Shown here piece by piece: positions 1-12,482 of a DNA stretch of 64,000 nt (position 1 is the stretch's first letter; every line of letters starts with the position of its first letter). A program made the translations under genes and the position numbers. This stretch comes from Ascidiella aspersa (Eukaryota), in NCBI GenBank assembly GCA_963924565.1, contig OZ004614.1:7626001-7690000 (forward strand), given 5' to 3'. The notes under the pieces are model-generated. The model worked only from the letters and a program-made list of their open reading frames with translations. It was not told the DNA's origin and did not search any database.

Positions 1-19
1 CAATTGGAAGATTAAAACC

Positions 20-375
20 ACGCAACAGGGCGCTGCGATTCACAATTTGAGAACCTTTAGGAAGCTTATGGTATTAGTTTCTCTTCTAACCTTAAAGTCG
101 CTGATAGTTTCTATAATCCATCATTCTCCACGTGCTACATCATAGAACGCTTATTTAGGCTTCTTGCCTCGTTACGGTAAAATTAGAAAGCCTTATATTT
201 TGAAGTTGCCCGACATTTGGCAAGACATTCCGTATTCTAACACAATGCAGCGAGAGAAAACAGCTAAGCTTTTTAGATGTCACCCACTAAATCACTGATA
301 TCTTTTTGCATGAAAATAGAAGGCTTGAGACTGAGTGCGCAGCTGTGGTTCTATTTCACAATTCATGACCATGTC
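20..375 (+). mobile_element. Decayed Penelope-type reverse transcriptase fragment
   Basis: Frameshifted TMQREK-QLSFLDVT (about 243-285) matches the PLE RT motif FTxExE...LxFLDV. QQGAA upstream and an LFHNS-P-like motif downstream lie at plausible spacing. Confidence 0.45.
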
Positions 376-1325
376 ATTTTGCTGACTTAACCGTTTAAAA
401 AAAAGTGACTTGTAAACGTAAATATCAGTGTTTTAGAACATTCTAAACTAACTGGCCTATGTAAAACCGAAATTTGACAACCTAACCTACACATGCCTTT
501 AGAGTAGGGATGTCCCATCATGCTTGTTGCTATAAACCTAGTGTGACGGCTCAAATGCGATAATTTTGGACATCCCCACTCCAGGCTATAAAAGTGTGTC
601 CAAATTTTAAACCTTAAAACGATCAGCCTAAATGAATCAATGGCGTTAAGCTACATTGGTTAGGTAATTTATTATTTTATTTGCAATCACTTCATAGGTA
701 GATCTTGCTACTTGAATGGTTTGAACATACGTTTTCGGTCACGTCAAATCGAGCAGGGCCTTATGACCGACGTTTTTTTTAATTATTTTCACTTTTTGGG
801 GTCTACATTGTGATCATGGTGACTATACGTTTTATGGATCGGCTAACTCAAAGATTAATAAGACTGCGACTTGACATAAAACAAATTACAAACTTTCAAA
901 TAAATACCTATAAACCCTTTCACAGCCCTTATTTGCAGCTTTATTTTAGGCTCAAGTTAAAAAGTGTAATAAAACTTTAACAAACCATCAGTTATGTTGT
1001 TGTTAATATAAAGCAGCTGAATTATGTTACAGCGCAACACCGAAATATAACTTCCCAAGGTCCCTGTTTAACCACTTATTGTCCAACAATAATTAAATTC
1101 ACCGTTTTAATTCAACCCAAAATTTCGGCCACAATTTTATCAGGATCCTGTCGCTGTAACAATATGCCATTTAGTTTACTATACCGAATAACTTCAAAGA
1201 GGACCTACTGGTTTTCTGGTGTTAACTGGCCTTTTGATATATCATTGTTACTGTCTAAGTCAGTCGTCACCAACCTTGAGATAAATGATCACCTTTTGAT
1301 GATTTTTTAGGGAAAGCGGCTAAAC

Positions 1326-1749
1326 CAGGGGTGTCCAACAAACGGCACGCGTGCTAAATATGGCACGCGACCAAATAAAAAATGGCACGCAAGCCCCCCT
1401 AAATTACTTAATTTGCTATTCAGCGAATTGTAAAAAATACCTAATTTTTTATACAGTAAATTGCCATTGTTTATTCACAATATAAAACAATCGCTGCAAT
1501 CACGACAACTAGCAATTACTTCTAACACTATAACATTATATTGTAGTGGAGGCTAGCATTCACATAACTATAAAGTTTGGTGTGAAGGAACAAAAAGCAA
1601 AAGTCAGCTCATCGACGGACATTTAGATGTAGTAATTTCGCACTACCACGTTTTTATTATTAGAAAGAATTATATTACTAAACTTTGGCACGGGAAGAAG
1701 TAATAGGATGAAAATTGGCACGCCGGCATGTTTCAGTTGGACACCCCTG
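1326..1749. mobile_element. hAT MITE
   Basis: Perfect 14-bp TIR CAGGGGTGTCCAAC; perfect 8-bp TSD GGCTAAAC; subterminal TGGCACG repeats. Confidence 0.9.
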
Positions 1750-3299
1750 GGCTAAACTTAACTGCAAAGTAATGAATTTGAAACATCACATATCACTGGT
1801 GCAAAATTAAAATTATAAACTTCAAATTATAAAAAAAATTATCTCCTGGTGCCCTTTAACATTACAAACCTCACCCCGGTGGGAAACCTCAGTTGTAAGT
1901 AGGTTTAGGTTGACAAACCAAACCTAAAGCTATCAACATGCTTGTCCTTCTAGAAATGCCAGACGCACAGTTCTTTATTGTTGTCAATTGTTTATTGCTT
2001 TTTAACGAACGTAGTGGCGCAGTAAAGACCGTGAAAGTGTTTGCGTGGTGCAATTATGTACATTTCACGTGGTACGTTTATGGCGTTTGCGACAGCAGAA
2101 AGCGGTGAGTTAAGACGACAAAAGCAATTAGAAGTAAAGAAACGTATGTTTTGCTGGCACGGCAGAATGTTACTGGTGAATAGGCTAAAATCTATATTGG
2201 TGACACCGACGTTGGGACAACATGAATAACAGGTGATAAATGCCGCAAGGCAGAGTCAGTATGTAAAATCGCTTCCAAATCTGGTAATGCATGAGAGGTG
2301 CTTGGTGAGGTATATAGGAGACCACAGCTGCATAGAAACTCTGTTTGGTGCAACCAAAGAAACAAGTAAATGCAAGTTAAGTAGACTATATACAAAGCCG
2401 CGTCCGATTTGCACACATTTCGCAAAATTCATGATAAAACTTCGAGGGTAATTTTAGTCTTTTTTTTCTATTTTTTAAATCGCAAGAACATTGCCAAATA
2501 AATAATCTGCTGCGACCGACAATGAGCGTCGATTTGAGAGAACACGGCCAGCGACATTTTTAGCGAATCTTAAAAAATCTAAAAAACCTGAGTAGTATTA
2601 GGTTGCAATATAATGCAAGAAGGCGCAGTCATTCCGTCGCTTGCAGTGGAAACAAGTACGTTAATGCCGATCAACTGGTCAAACCTGTCCTACCACAAGC
2701 CGAAACGCACATAGCCTAATGGTTTTCGCTTTACCAATCGCATGCAAAACTGGCGACAACGAATTACTAATAAATGAAAATGTATACAGAGTAAGAATGA
2801 TTGCCGCACTAAAACCATTATATCTTTTTTTCACAAAAGTCTACCGCAGATTAATCCTGGCAAAAACAGAGTGGAAATGAGAACGAAAATAACCAAGTAA
2901 GCATTGGAAACGTATGTTTACGTCGAATAACTATTTGTTTACTGTCACAGCAATATTTTGCGCCATTACAGTCTTTAACGGACTCGTTGTTTTTAGCAAA
3001 TGTGCTGTGTAAGCGCGATTTGCGATAAGTATACGATATCATCATAGCGGATCAATGTATAAAAAAAATCACGCAGTTCAAAGGCAAGCCGCCGAATGTT
3101 TGATATGCTGAATGTTTCTGGGCGCGATCCCTCGCCGCCTGTTAGTTTGGTTAAAGAGCAAAAAAAGAATAGCGGCGCAGGTCAGAAGTAAAGTTAGATA
3201 GATAAGTGACGCCTGCGTTTCTCCTGTTGCGCACTTGGCGCAGTTCATGAAACAGCACCGTGTTCTGGAGAAAGTTCTGTGGCTTTTTTAAGTCTGTTT

Positions 3300-3641
3300 T
3301 TAAGCCGGCTTAGATTGCGCAACGATTTGCGCCTTCTCATTCGATTTCGCCTTATCGCCGCTGATCAGGATATCAGCACAAACTGCTTCGTAGATCCCAC
3401 TATCACAATCCGATCTATTAGAATCGTTTGAGTTGTGCCTCGTAGCCAGCGTATGTCCAAGGCATATCTCAGGGGTAACTTCGTTTTCCACTTTCACCGC
3501 TAGCTTTTCGTTTTTGATGAGCCTTTTCCGCATTCTTTTCCCCAAAATGGCGAAGTGCATTCCGTTGTCCTTTGTTGTCAAGTCGTTGAACGCATTCAGC
3601 GTGCAACCAGGTGCTTCAAATTCGACCAACGCGCAGGTAAC
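3300..3641 (-). CDS. LARP6: La-related protein 6-like, terminal coding exon (rest of RRM, C-terminus)
   Basis: Polypyrimidine acceptor TTTTACAG|GTT at 3642/3641, phase 0. The join gives QLGK-VTCALVEFE...MHFAILG, matching the LARP6 RRM segment ECAIVEFE...MKAVLIG. TAA stop at 3300-3302. Total about 531 aa. Confidence 0.85.
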   Translation of the reverse strand, partial: VTCALVEFEAPGCTLNAFNDLTTKDNGMHFAILGKRMRKRLIKNEKLAVKVENEVTPEICLGHTLATRHNSNDSNRSDCDSGIYEAVCADILISGDKAKSNEKAQIVAQSKPA

Positions 3642-5292
3642 CTGTAAAAAAACAAAGAAAACTTAAGTCTTGAGCATTTTAAACGAGCACTAAACCAGCA
3701 ATTTGCAAAAATCGTACAAAATCATAACTTATTTACAGCGATTTTCCCTTTTTCAGTCGCGGTTTTCATGCATAAGCCATGAGTCACCACCAGAAAAAAT
3801 AATTCGTGCTGGAACGAAACGTTTGTGACGTATAAATTGACTTGGCAGTTGCAGAACAAAACTGCTAGGTGCTGATTTAGAGATGCCAGCAAAACAAATT
3901 AAGGTGAAATCTCTGATTTTTTGACTGTTTTGTGAATTTTGGAGTGGGATTACTTGAGAGCAAGCCATATACTACTGAAAATCAAGATGTTTTATTGAAG
4001 CTATACGTCTGGGATCAAGAATATTATAAGAGGCAACATGTGTGAAAGGTTTGAAAGGTAATTAAATTTTCGTGTTATTTGTAAAGTGGTTGCTCATAGT
4101 AAATGAGAGTACATTGTACAATTGTACAGTCAATCTTATCTTTAAGGCGCCATGACAAGTTTTTAATTTGATTGATAACCAGAAAATTCGCACCGTTTTT
4201 GTTACAGCAAAAATACAGACAGATACAGCAGACCATAATGACAGCGTGAAATTGAAAATGGATAAAAACTTAAGATCGATAGCGTTAAAATGTAAATGCA
4301 AGTTTTTTTTCGGAGCAACTTTATTTTATTTATTTTCTCTTGCGGTAATCCCAACTGGCAAAGAATTACCACGTCGTGTTTGGATTGCAGAGGCGCGCCG
4401 TTACAAACATGGTAATGAGGCCAATCAGCATTTTTTGCACAAGCGGATTAGCCATCGACTCCGTATTATGCCAATCTAAACTGAAAAGCTGATTTCCGTT
4501 TACTGGCGTTTTAAATCCGCTCTAGTCGTCAACAATTTTTTTTTAAGAAGAGCTAAAAGGGGATGGTGCTGTCATAAAGAAAGATACATGGCTGTAAGTA
4601 TAGTTTGGTTTATCTCCGTTTGAATTCACGTTTAAAATTTGTCTTTGGTTGACAGCCTGTTATTTGTTACTGGACTATTAGTGAAGCACTTCTAGTCATA
4701 TAAGATAAGCCTTGCCCCCTTAAACTTTGACAATCGCAGGCGCAAATTGTACAAATCGACGCCATTTCGAAATCTGCAAGAGTAATAACGCGGCTTTTAA
4801 GCCTTCCAATCGCGCATGGTGTTATAATAAAAGCAACTTCAAAAAGACCGTTTTTTCCGGCGCACCCCGATTGCAATCGACGCGAAACAAATTGAAGCTC
4901 GACAACGCTTTGGATTAGTCTATATCGGAAAATAACCGGTTAGAGACAATAGTTAGCGTTTTGGCTGGCACGCAAGGCGACTTAGAGAGGCGAGATTTCG
5001 CGAGCGATAAGACCCGACCACTTGCCCTTGGCGTAATAAAAATATTGACGGCTTTCGACGATTCTGTTTCGCCCCGCGAACGCGCGTTGTTTGCGGCCTG
5101 GAGGACAGTGCGCGTAGCAAACACCCCCCGGGCCTGACAGAATGCCGTTCGCGCGCGGGCCCGACCTATTTTTGTACCCCTTGTAGAAACGGATGTTTAC
5201 GTAACTGTGCCGTTGACCGGAAAATGTATTTTGTGCGTATAATGCATGGTTCGCTGTGCATCACTCGCAAAAAACTACTACAAGTTCTGCTT

Positions 5293-5360
5293 TTTTAACG
5301 TCTATTTGGGCCGTTATTTTCACCATTAAACTTATGAACATATCCGTATATAGTGTTCCT
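5293..5360 (+). mobile_element. 5'-truncated copy of the 63.5-kb element with 11-bp TSD
   Basis: Near-identical to about 63590-63656; flanked by the direct repeat AAGTTCTGCTT (5282-5292, 5361-5371). Confidence 0.7.
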
Positions 5361-6025
5361 AAGTTCTGCTTATTTAAAAAAAAATTTAAGTTATAAGTTG
5401 TTTTACACAAAAAACTCTATTGATTAATACTGTACCTAGCAGCAATAAAAGTATTTTAAAGTAAAAATAAGTATCTCTTTTACTCGATATAGAACTAGAC
5501 TCCTATAATATTTTGAGTATAACGTTTCGGCTTCTTTGTTTATTTATTTAACATGGGACAAAACACATAAAAACTAGTCATGTTTAACTATTTGTTAAAT
5601 TTAAATTTTCCACTCTTAAAAACATTGTCCTTGAACTTATATATATGCTTGCCTGAAGCCAATTGTAAGCTCGAAGTTGCGAAGAATAATATTGTGTGAT
5701 AAATTCCCATTGCAAATATAATACCAAAAAACGAAAGATGACAGAACGCAATATTGCCTCGTTTTCAATCAATGCGTTTGCAAGAGATTCACATTAATGA
5801 GAATCACTTTCGACGCAGTTACTTAAAATTCGTGATATTTATATTTTATACAATACCGCCTCAACGGTTATAGCGGACTAAACAGGCAATTTGTCAAGCA
5901 ACGAAGAATATGTGCTGCAGACATAATCTAAATAAAACGCCGATGCACTCACTATATGCTCTCAACCTAAGGGAAAACCCTTCTATTGGTGAAACCCAAT
6001 TCAAAAATTTCTTTAGCGGAACACG

Positions 6026-6117
6026 AAACGAAGCAAACGTTAATACGTTGCAAACGAAGCAAACGTTAATACGTTGCAAACGAAGCAAACGTTAATACGT
6101 TGCAAACGAAGCAAACG
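6026..6117. repeat. 26-bp tandem repeat, 3.5 copies
   Basis: AAACGAAGCAAACGTTAATACGTTGC at 6026, 6052, 6078 and partially at 6104. Confidence 0.95.
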
Positions 6118-6867
6118 CAAAAGCCGTGCGCGAAATATTTGTTTTGTCACGTGAAAAAGCGGACACGGCGAAATTCGAGCAACAACCCACTGTAACAGTG
6201 GACGCCTGGCATCGATTACTTCGCTCAAGGCGAATTTGGCAAGCAGGTACCACCAGGACCCAGCGTAGACCAGTCGTTTTTTTGGCAGCTGATTTAGATC
6301 GCGCTGGTTTTGGGCAAAAAGTTTCGTTTTTTGTCCAGCTTTTGGCCATATTGAGAAACACACAATGCTTTGCGCAAAGCCCAAGTTGGGCACCAGCACC
6401 TTAATTGCAGCTGATTGAGTCACTACACACAAAAAGCGAAACAATTTCACCGGAAACCACTTGAAATGTCGGTATTAAGTTTGTTTTATCCTTAAAATAT
6501 GGAGTTGTATGAGCTCACCCTTAAACTTACTTTGTTGGATATTTGGATTTGACCATGATCGGCGATTTTTGCAATTTAATTATTCACGTTTGACACAGGG
6601 TGTGTAACTGGCTTTTATAGGCCAACCTTGGTGGATTTTTAAATTGAAAACTTTTTGTGTTCCATTTGCTTTAAAAACGATGTTTTGCGGGAACTTTGTG
6701 ATTTGCGTGATTTTAGGGGGCGGCGAATAGCTGGAACTCGATCCCTCCTAAACGAAACCCTTCCTTTTTTTATTTTTCACCAAACGGCACGAACGGGCCA
6801 GTGAAGATATCACAAGCTGCGAAAAAACGCCGATCTTAAATATCGCGAAAAACAGGAAGTGACGTAC

Positions 6868-8121
6868 CTTTCCCAGCTGAGGGGCGACCTTGGCGTAACC
6901 TTGAAGGTACTGGGGAAGCTTGGAACCTGGTCGGATCACGCGTAGCTGCGCCACCGCTCCGTAGGGCTTGAAGAGTCGAGCCGCATCCTCGAGGTCCGCA
7001 TCCTCCGCCAGATTCGTCACCAGGAGAGTCATGTTCTCCTTGCAGCTTCTAAGCTGCTCCGGAAGAGCGCTCTTCCTCCGAACTTTGCTCCCGTTCTGGT
7101 GGATCTCGAGTTTGGCGGATCGACGCACGCCAAGTGCCACGGTCTTGTAATCCCGCGTCAGCTTCTTGATGGCCTTGATGCTGGCCAGCAGCTTGATGCT
7201 GACAAATCCGGAAGAGGAGCGCTTGATTTGGCGCAGGAGGTAGTGATCTTTAGCCAGGTTATGATCGGAGAAGACCCCCTCGACTGCCTCCATGATCTTC
7301 CTCAGGGTTTGCTCGTACTCCTTCTCCTGGGCGCTTTCCTCCTGCACGGAGGCAACGTCCTCGTCTGTGGAGGCCGTCGACACGAGTCCGGAGTCCCTGG
7401 TCGCCGAAGAGGAATCGGTGAAGGAGAGGAACGGAGACGAGCTCCGGGAAGAGGACGCCGACTTGTAGAAGAGCGAGGAACTGAGAGACAGGGAGCCGCG
7501 GCAGTCCGGAGACGGAGACAGCGAGGAGTTGGGAGACTGGGTGGAGAAGGAATCGGTGCGGAGGATTTCTGGCGAAAAGATGTGCTCCCCTTTTTGCGGC
7601 GGCTTGACTTGCTCTTGTGCGGTCTCGGCGGCTTTCGGCTGCTCTTGCGGGCGCTCGTAAAGATAAAATGTGGTGCCGTCGTAAACCGTCGCCAGAACTC
7701 TTCCGTAGGGCGACTGGTAAGGCACCGGCAATGCAGGGGCCGGCACAGGCACTTGGCAAAAGCCTGGGTGCGGCATCGGCATCATTCGGGGCTGAATCCA
7801 GCCCATTGGCGGCGGCGGTGGTGGCGTATGCATCAAGCAGTTTGGGCAACTGCTCCGATTATTGCAACTTCCAGCGCGCTGACAATGATAGTGAGGTGCG
7901 TGGACTGCTGTACGCTGCCTTGAACGCGACATCATTAGCTGCTTTTTCCCGTGGTTTCGCGACCTCTTGGCTCTGCCTTGCCTTTGTTCGCAGCGCGGCG
8001 TCTTCACGGCTGCTTCGAATCTTGGCTCTTCCGTCTCCGCCGGCACAACTCTCTCGTTGACTGTCGGCTGCGCTTTTTTCTCGTCGATCATAGTCGAGTG
8101 CGGTTTGCCTTGGTTTAACAT
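6868..8121 (-). CDS. LARP6: La-related protein 6-like, coding exon 1 (Pro/Ser-rich N-terminus, La motif, first part of RRM)
   Basis: ATG at 8121. Translation contains FSDHNLAKDHYLLRQIKR..GFVSIKLLAS..LTRDYKTVA..SAKLE..KVRR (LARP6-type La motif) and FKPYGAVAQLRVIRPG (RRM). Phase-0 donor AAG|GTACGT at 6868/6867. Exon is GC-rich relative to its flanks. Confidence 0.9.
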
Positions 8122-8347
8122 GACATGACGTTGAAAAAGAAAAAGCGTCAATTTTTATTCCTAACAAATAGCAACTTGAAACGGACGAAACCTGAAAAAC
8201 AGGAAAAGATGTTGAAAATCAATAAAGGGTTATTCGAAACGTTCAAAATGATAGCTACTTCAGCCATTATGCTCCAAAGCGAATAGAAATGTTTCCAAAA
8301 TGACGAAAAAACAACAAATATTTTTATCAACTTATTTTCAAAATTAC

Positions 8348-8640
8348 CTCAAAACACGCTCTGAAAAGCCTAATCTTGCAATGCCAAACCTTGGCTAGTT
8401 AATGCGACGATAATTGCTAGCAGAAACCGTTTGTCGAAACTGAGAGCGATTCGCCTAGCACTCTCACGAGACTTAGCGCAGATTCCCGGCTGAGCCGAGC
8501 TGAGCTCACGTCGTTGGTATGCGCCGGCCTAACCACGCCCAATAAATGCAGCGACGGTCCTGCAGCGCCGCCACACTTACGGCGGTTTTACGGCGTCGTG
8601 CAAAAACACCTGTCAACGTTGCAGCAAGGCCGCTGTGCGT
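8348..8640 (-). promoter_or_regulatory. Putative LARP6 non-coding first exon and CpG-rich promoter
   Basis: Minus-strand donor GAG|GTAATT at 8348/8347 and acceptor TTTTTCAG| at 8192/8191 define a 156-nt 5'UTR intron. CpG-rich patch upstream with CCACGCCC. Inference only. Confidence 0.35.
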
Positions 8641-9527
8641 AAATCGACCACCTAAAATCATCTCCACCGAAATGATTTTAAATTAAAACTAATTTGGATG
8701 CTTTTATGGTTTAGCTTCGCTTATAACGCCTGTGCGCCAAAAAAATGTTTTTTTGTTCATTTTTTACCGTTGCGACTTCTTTTTTTAAAGTTTTTTTTAT
8801 TCACTAAATCTTACAACTATTGCTTTTGTCCCGCGAATAACTCAGCAGTCTTTCTCCAGAAATCTGCAACCGGCCTTACAGCTACTTTGGCCTTCAGCTA
8901 AACCCACAGCTCTAGTCAATTCAGATAAGGAACGAACTGTGAAGTTTCACAGAGATCTCAAACAACTAATTCAAAGCGGATCACTTTATATTACGCCAAA
9001 GGCTACAACTTTGAATGAAAAAATCTTAACTCGAATGAATAAAGTCTATAATCACCCGATTCCTAAGGGTTAATTGCACTGCACTGCAACGAAAGAAAAA
9101 ATCCAGCTCGCACCCACGGCCCCGTATATTGAGAGATAAAGTATTCAAAACTGTATACTTTCTGTGAATCACTGTATTCTTTCTGTCAACCTTTCAGTGT
9201 GCAATGCGAAATGCAAACGCGCACATTAGGAAACTTGCCGATCGTGTTCGAGGCTAAGATACCGAATATGCCTGCATTTCGTTTAGAAACTCAAAGCCGG
9301 TCCCGGTGACTTGCACCGAGCGTACGAATGGCGCTTTATCCTGGCCGGTCGAAAAGCGCCCGCTTGTGTAGCTCGCCCGCGGGCGGACCGCGTCTTGCTC
9401 TTCCGCTTTTGTCCCGAGCTCATCCGGGCGTCTTTCGTCAGCCTTTTCTCGTTGCCCTTTTCTCGGCGCCCCCGCAAAGCAAACGCTCTCTTTTCTGTTG
9501 GTTTCTAGCCGCGCACGCGCCCCCTCC

Positions 9528-9770
9528 GTGTATATACAGTGTGTGTTTATGATGTAAATGCGCTTGTATGTGTGTGCGCGTGTGTGTGTGTGTGTTTGTT
9601 TGTATGTCTGTACTGTGTGTGTGTATGCGTTTGTATGTTGTCTATGTATATATATATATATATGTATATATGTGTGTGTGTGTGTGTGTATGTTTGTTTT
9701 TGTGTGTGCGTTTGTATGTGCGCGTGTATGCGTTTGTATGTCTATACATATGTGTGTGTGTGTGTGTACA
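9528..9770. repeat. Compound (TG)n/(TA)n microsatellite
   Basis: Visible directly in the sequence. Confidence 0.95.
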
Positions 9771-11573
9771 TGTTAGACTACACTCTAACAAATTTTCAAT
9801 AAGATCCCTGGTGCGTTGCGTAGTGGGCAAAATCGAACTCTTTTCGTCGGGCGCACTTTTGAAATAGTTAATTATATTGGTTTAAATCAATGCATTCGAG
9901 AAATATTGCTGTTAAATGCAATTCCAATTTTATTTTTGGATTGGCTATGTGCTCTAGATTTATTTTCTTCTAATTTCGTTTTTTAAAATAATTCTACTTT
10001 GTCCAACGGCGTTTTTTCGTCTATCAGTTGTAACAAGGTTATAGACACACAGGTAAATGATTATACAACCATTCACATTCTTTTTGACAAAAAGTGCGAT
10101 ATCGTCAAAATTACTTGTGCGTTACTCAAAGGTAATTCAAATTCATATTTTAGTTTAATGTATTGTTTTCGCGAATTCAGAAATTCTCGTTATAATCTGA
10201 TTTAAAAAAAACTAAAATAATGTTCGCTGTGCAAGTCTGGCCGGAACGACGCTAGTTTTACGCAGTTAATAGGAATTCGAACTGCGAAACTACGTTATTA
10301 TTTGTTTTTTTGCAAGGCCAAGCTGTATCCGTTTCAAGTGAACGCGGACCAAGCGACCTGCGGGCCTTATGTCACTTCTTCCGCGAAACCTTTGCGGATT
10401 TATTAAGTAAAACCGTATATACGCACGCGTGGCATGTTTGCAACAGATAGCTGGAACTTTGTATATCGCCCAAGTTATTCATAAGAACCTGTAAGAGTTT
10501 ATTAATGAATACTTTGTTCGGCGGGTTTATTTAGGCGATTGCAGCGTCTATTGAGAATGTTTTCTTATTTTTTAATTCGTATACACGACAGCTTAACAGA
10601 ACTCAGGGGCTTAAAAAAATTCGGAATGTTAAGTGACGCTGCCTAATGCTAATCTGGTTGAGCGATCTGGCAAAAAAACAGCTAATTCAACGCAAAAAAC
10701 AAGATAATTCAACGCTTTGTTTAACCTTATTTAGTTTATTAAAAGTTAAGGTGAGTTGAGACCAAGAGTTGCACCAGAATAGAGTTAGACGCTCTTAGAT
10801 TACAGCAAGCAATCAAAGTACCTCGACCCCAGCTATACCTTTGTATGCTTAATACAGTGCGGCATTCTTTCTTGAGTTTACAGTCCACCAACCGATTTAT
10901 TGCGTTTCTTAGAATAAAACTTCAAATCATACGAACCGATCAGCGATTGGTGTTGGCGTAATTATTTGTTGACTTTGCCAAAAAAATAAAGTTTTGTCAA
11001 CATCTATACAGTAGTTCAAATTTGTCAAAGTCAAAATCGTTTACAAAATGCACCAAAATCCTTACATAATTAACAAATACTGTAAAGAACTTAAAAAAAA
11101 AAAAAAAAAAATATTGTCGTCCAGTTTACAATTTTTATCTAAACTTAGTTTTTGATTTCATCCAACAACGTTTTACCTGTATTGTATCTTTATTTGAGCA
11201 CGCAAGCCGGCAAAATTAACCTTACGGACCAGGTTTATCGCATTAGGCTCAGATCAAACTTCGTTTTTCGATCTTGAACGTTTTTTCGAACATAATGTGC
11301 GATTACAAATGTGCCACTGTGAAAAGTATGGCCAGCGCACCCGCGAGTTTTTCAAACCTTTTAAAAGTACTCCTTTTCAAAAGTAAAAATCTAAACTGCA
11401 AAAAAACAAACAAAAAAACACTCGTACACCCTTATTTATCGCATGTATGCAATACGGGGTGCATTGGAAAATCATAACGTGCACCCGAAAATTTAAAAGT
11501 GCGTAACCTGAGCGAATTGGGCAAGTAGCAACATCCAAAACATTAGCGAAAGAAGAGATACCTCTGCCTGAAG

Positions 11574-11863
11574 CAGTGGTTCTCAAACTTTTTGAGCTTG
11601 CGGCACACTAAAAAAATCTTAAATATTTCGCGGCACATTTTTAACAGAACAACAATAGAGTAATTTTACAATCGCCCTTAACACACTACAAACAATATGT
11701 AAATGTCTCAGTATTAATAATTTGTAATAGATAGTGCGTATTTAAGTCTAAACTGCTTGCGTCAATGTCTAGTGGTAATACAAATCTTTAATTTTTGAAA
11801 ATTACAAAAAGTTTCGCGGCACACTTGGCAATCGCTCGGAGGCACACAGTTTGGGAATCACTT
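11574..11863. mobile_element. hAT MITE family A, copy 1
   Basis: CAGTGGTTCTCAAAC...GTTTGGGAATCACT; homologous to 15278 and 59589. Confidence 0.85.
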
Positions 11864-12129
11864 GCTTAACGCCTTCCCACTGCCTGCTCTCAAACACAAC
11901 ACACACGTTGCAAGTTTTGCAACAGGGTTGCACGTCGCCCATTGTAAAAAGTGCCAAACTAAAATGCCCAGAGCGGGTTAACCCCTGACTCGCCGCACCG
12001 CCGGTCAGTTTTAAACAAGCATTTTTTTTATGGCGTTGTATAATAATTTTCCGGTTCTGCGATGTGCGCCAAAGCTAACGCTTTCCCACGACTGCGTGAA
12101 CGCCGTAAAGCGCGATACCCTCGTTAAAA

Positions 12130-12482
12130 AACCTTTACAACGGTGTAATCGTGTAGCGAGGTTTGCTCGAATTCGCATTGCGTTTTGCTGCTTATTTTAG
12201 GCCTTGTCTTCAAAAAACGATACTTTAAATAACTTAAATTAATGTATCTGCCATCTTGATATTGACATAAACGAATTTTTCGGACCTATTTCCTCTTCAT
12301 AAATCGAAATGGCTGGTTGGGAAACCTTTACCGTTGTGTAATCGTAAAACGGTTTGCTTACATTCGTATTGCCTTTTTGCGCTGTATACGTTACCAATTT
12401 AAAAGCCTTACCTTAAAATCGATACTTAAACTATCTATACGATTAAAATATTCGCGCTCTAAATGTCTTAGTATTGACATAA
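12130..12482. repeat. Diverged tandem duplication (period about 195 bp)
   Basis: AACCTTTAC..GTGTAATCGT..GGTTTGCT..ATTCG.ATTGC..CGATACTT..TATTGACATAA occurs at 12130-12270 and 12324-12482. Confidence 0.7.

Noticed and set aside
6748-6867. LARP6 ORF read-through to the stop at 6748
   Set aside because: The RRM is completed only by splicing at 6868 to 3641; the read-through tail is intronic.
7099-8060. Long overlapping ORFs (274 aa +, 196 aa -, 147 aa +)
   Set aside because: Shadow frames of the GC-rich LARP6 exon; no recognisable domain.
9539-9867. Cys/Val/Tyr-rich ORFs
   Set aside because: Translations of the TG/TA microsatellite.
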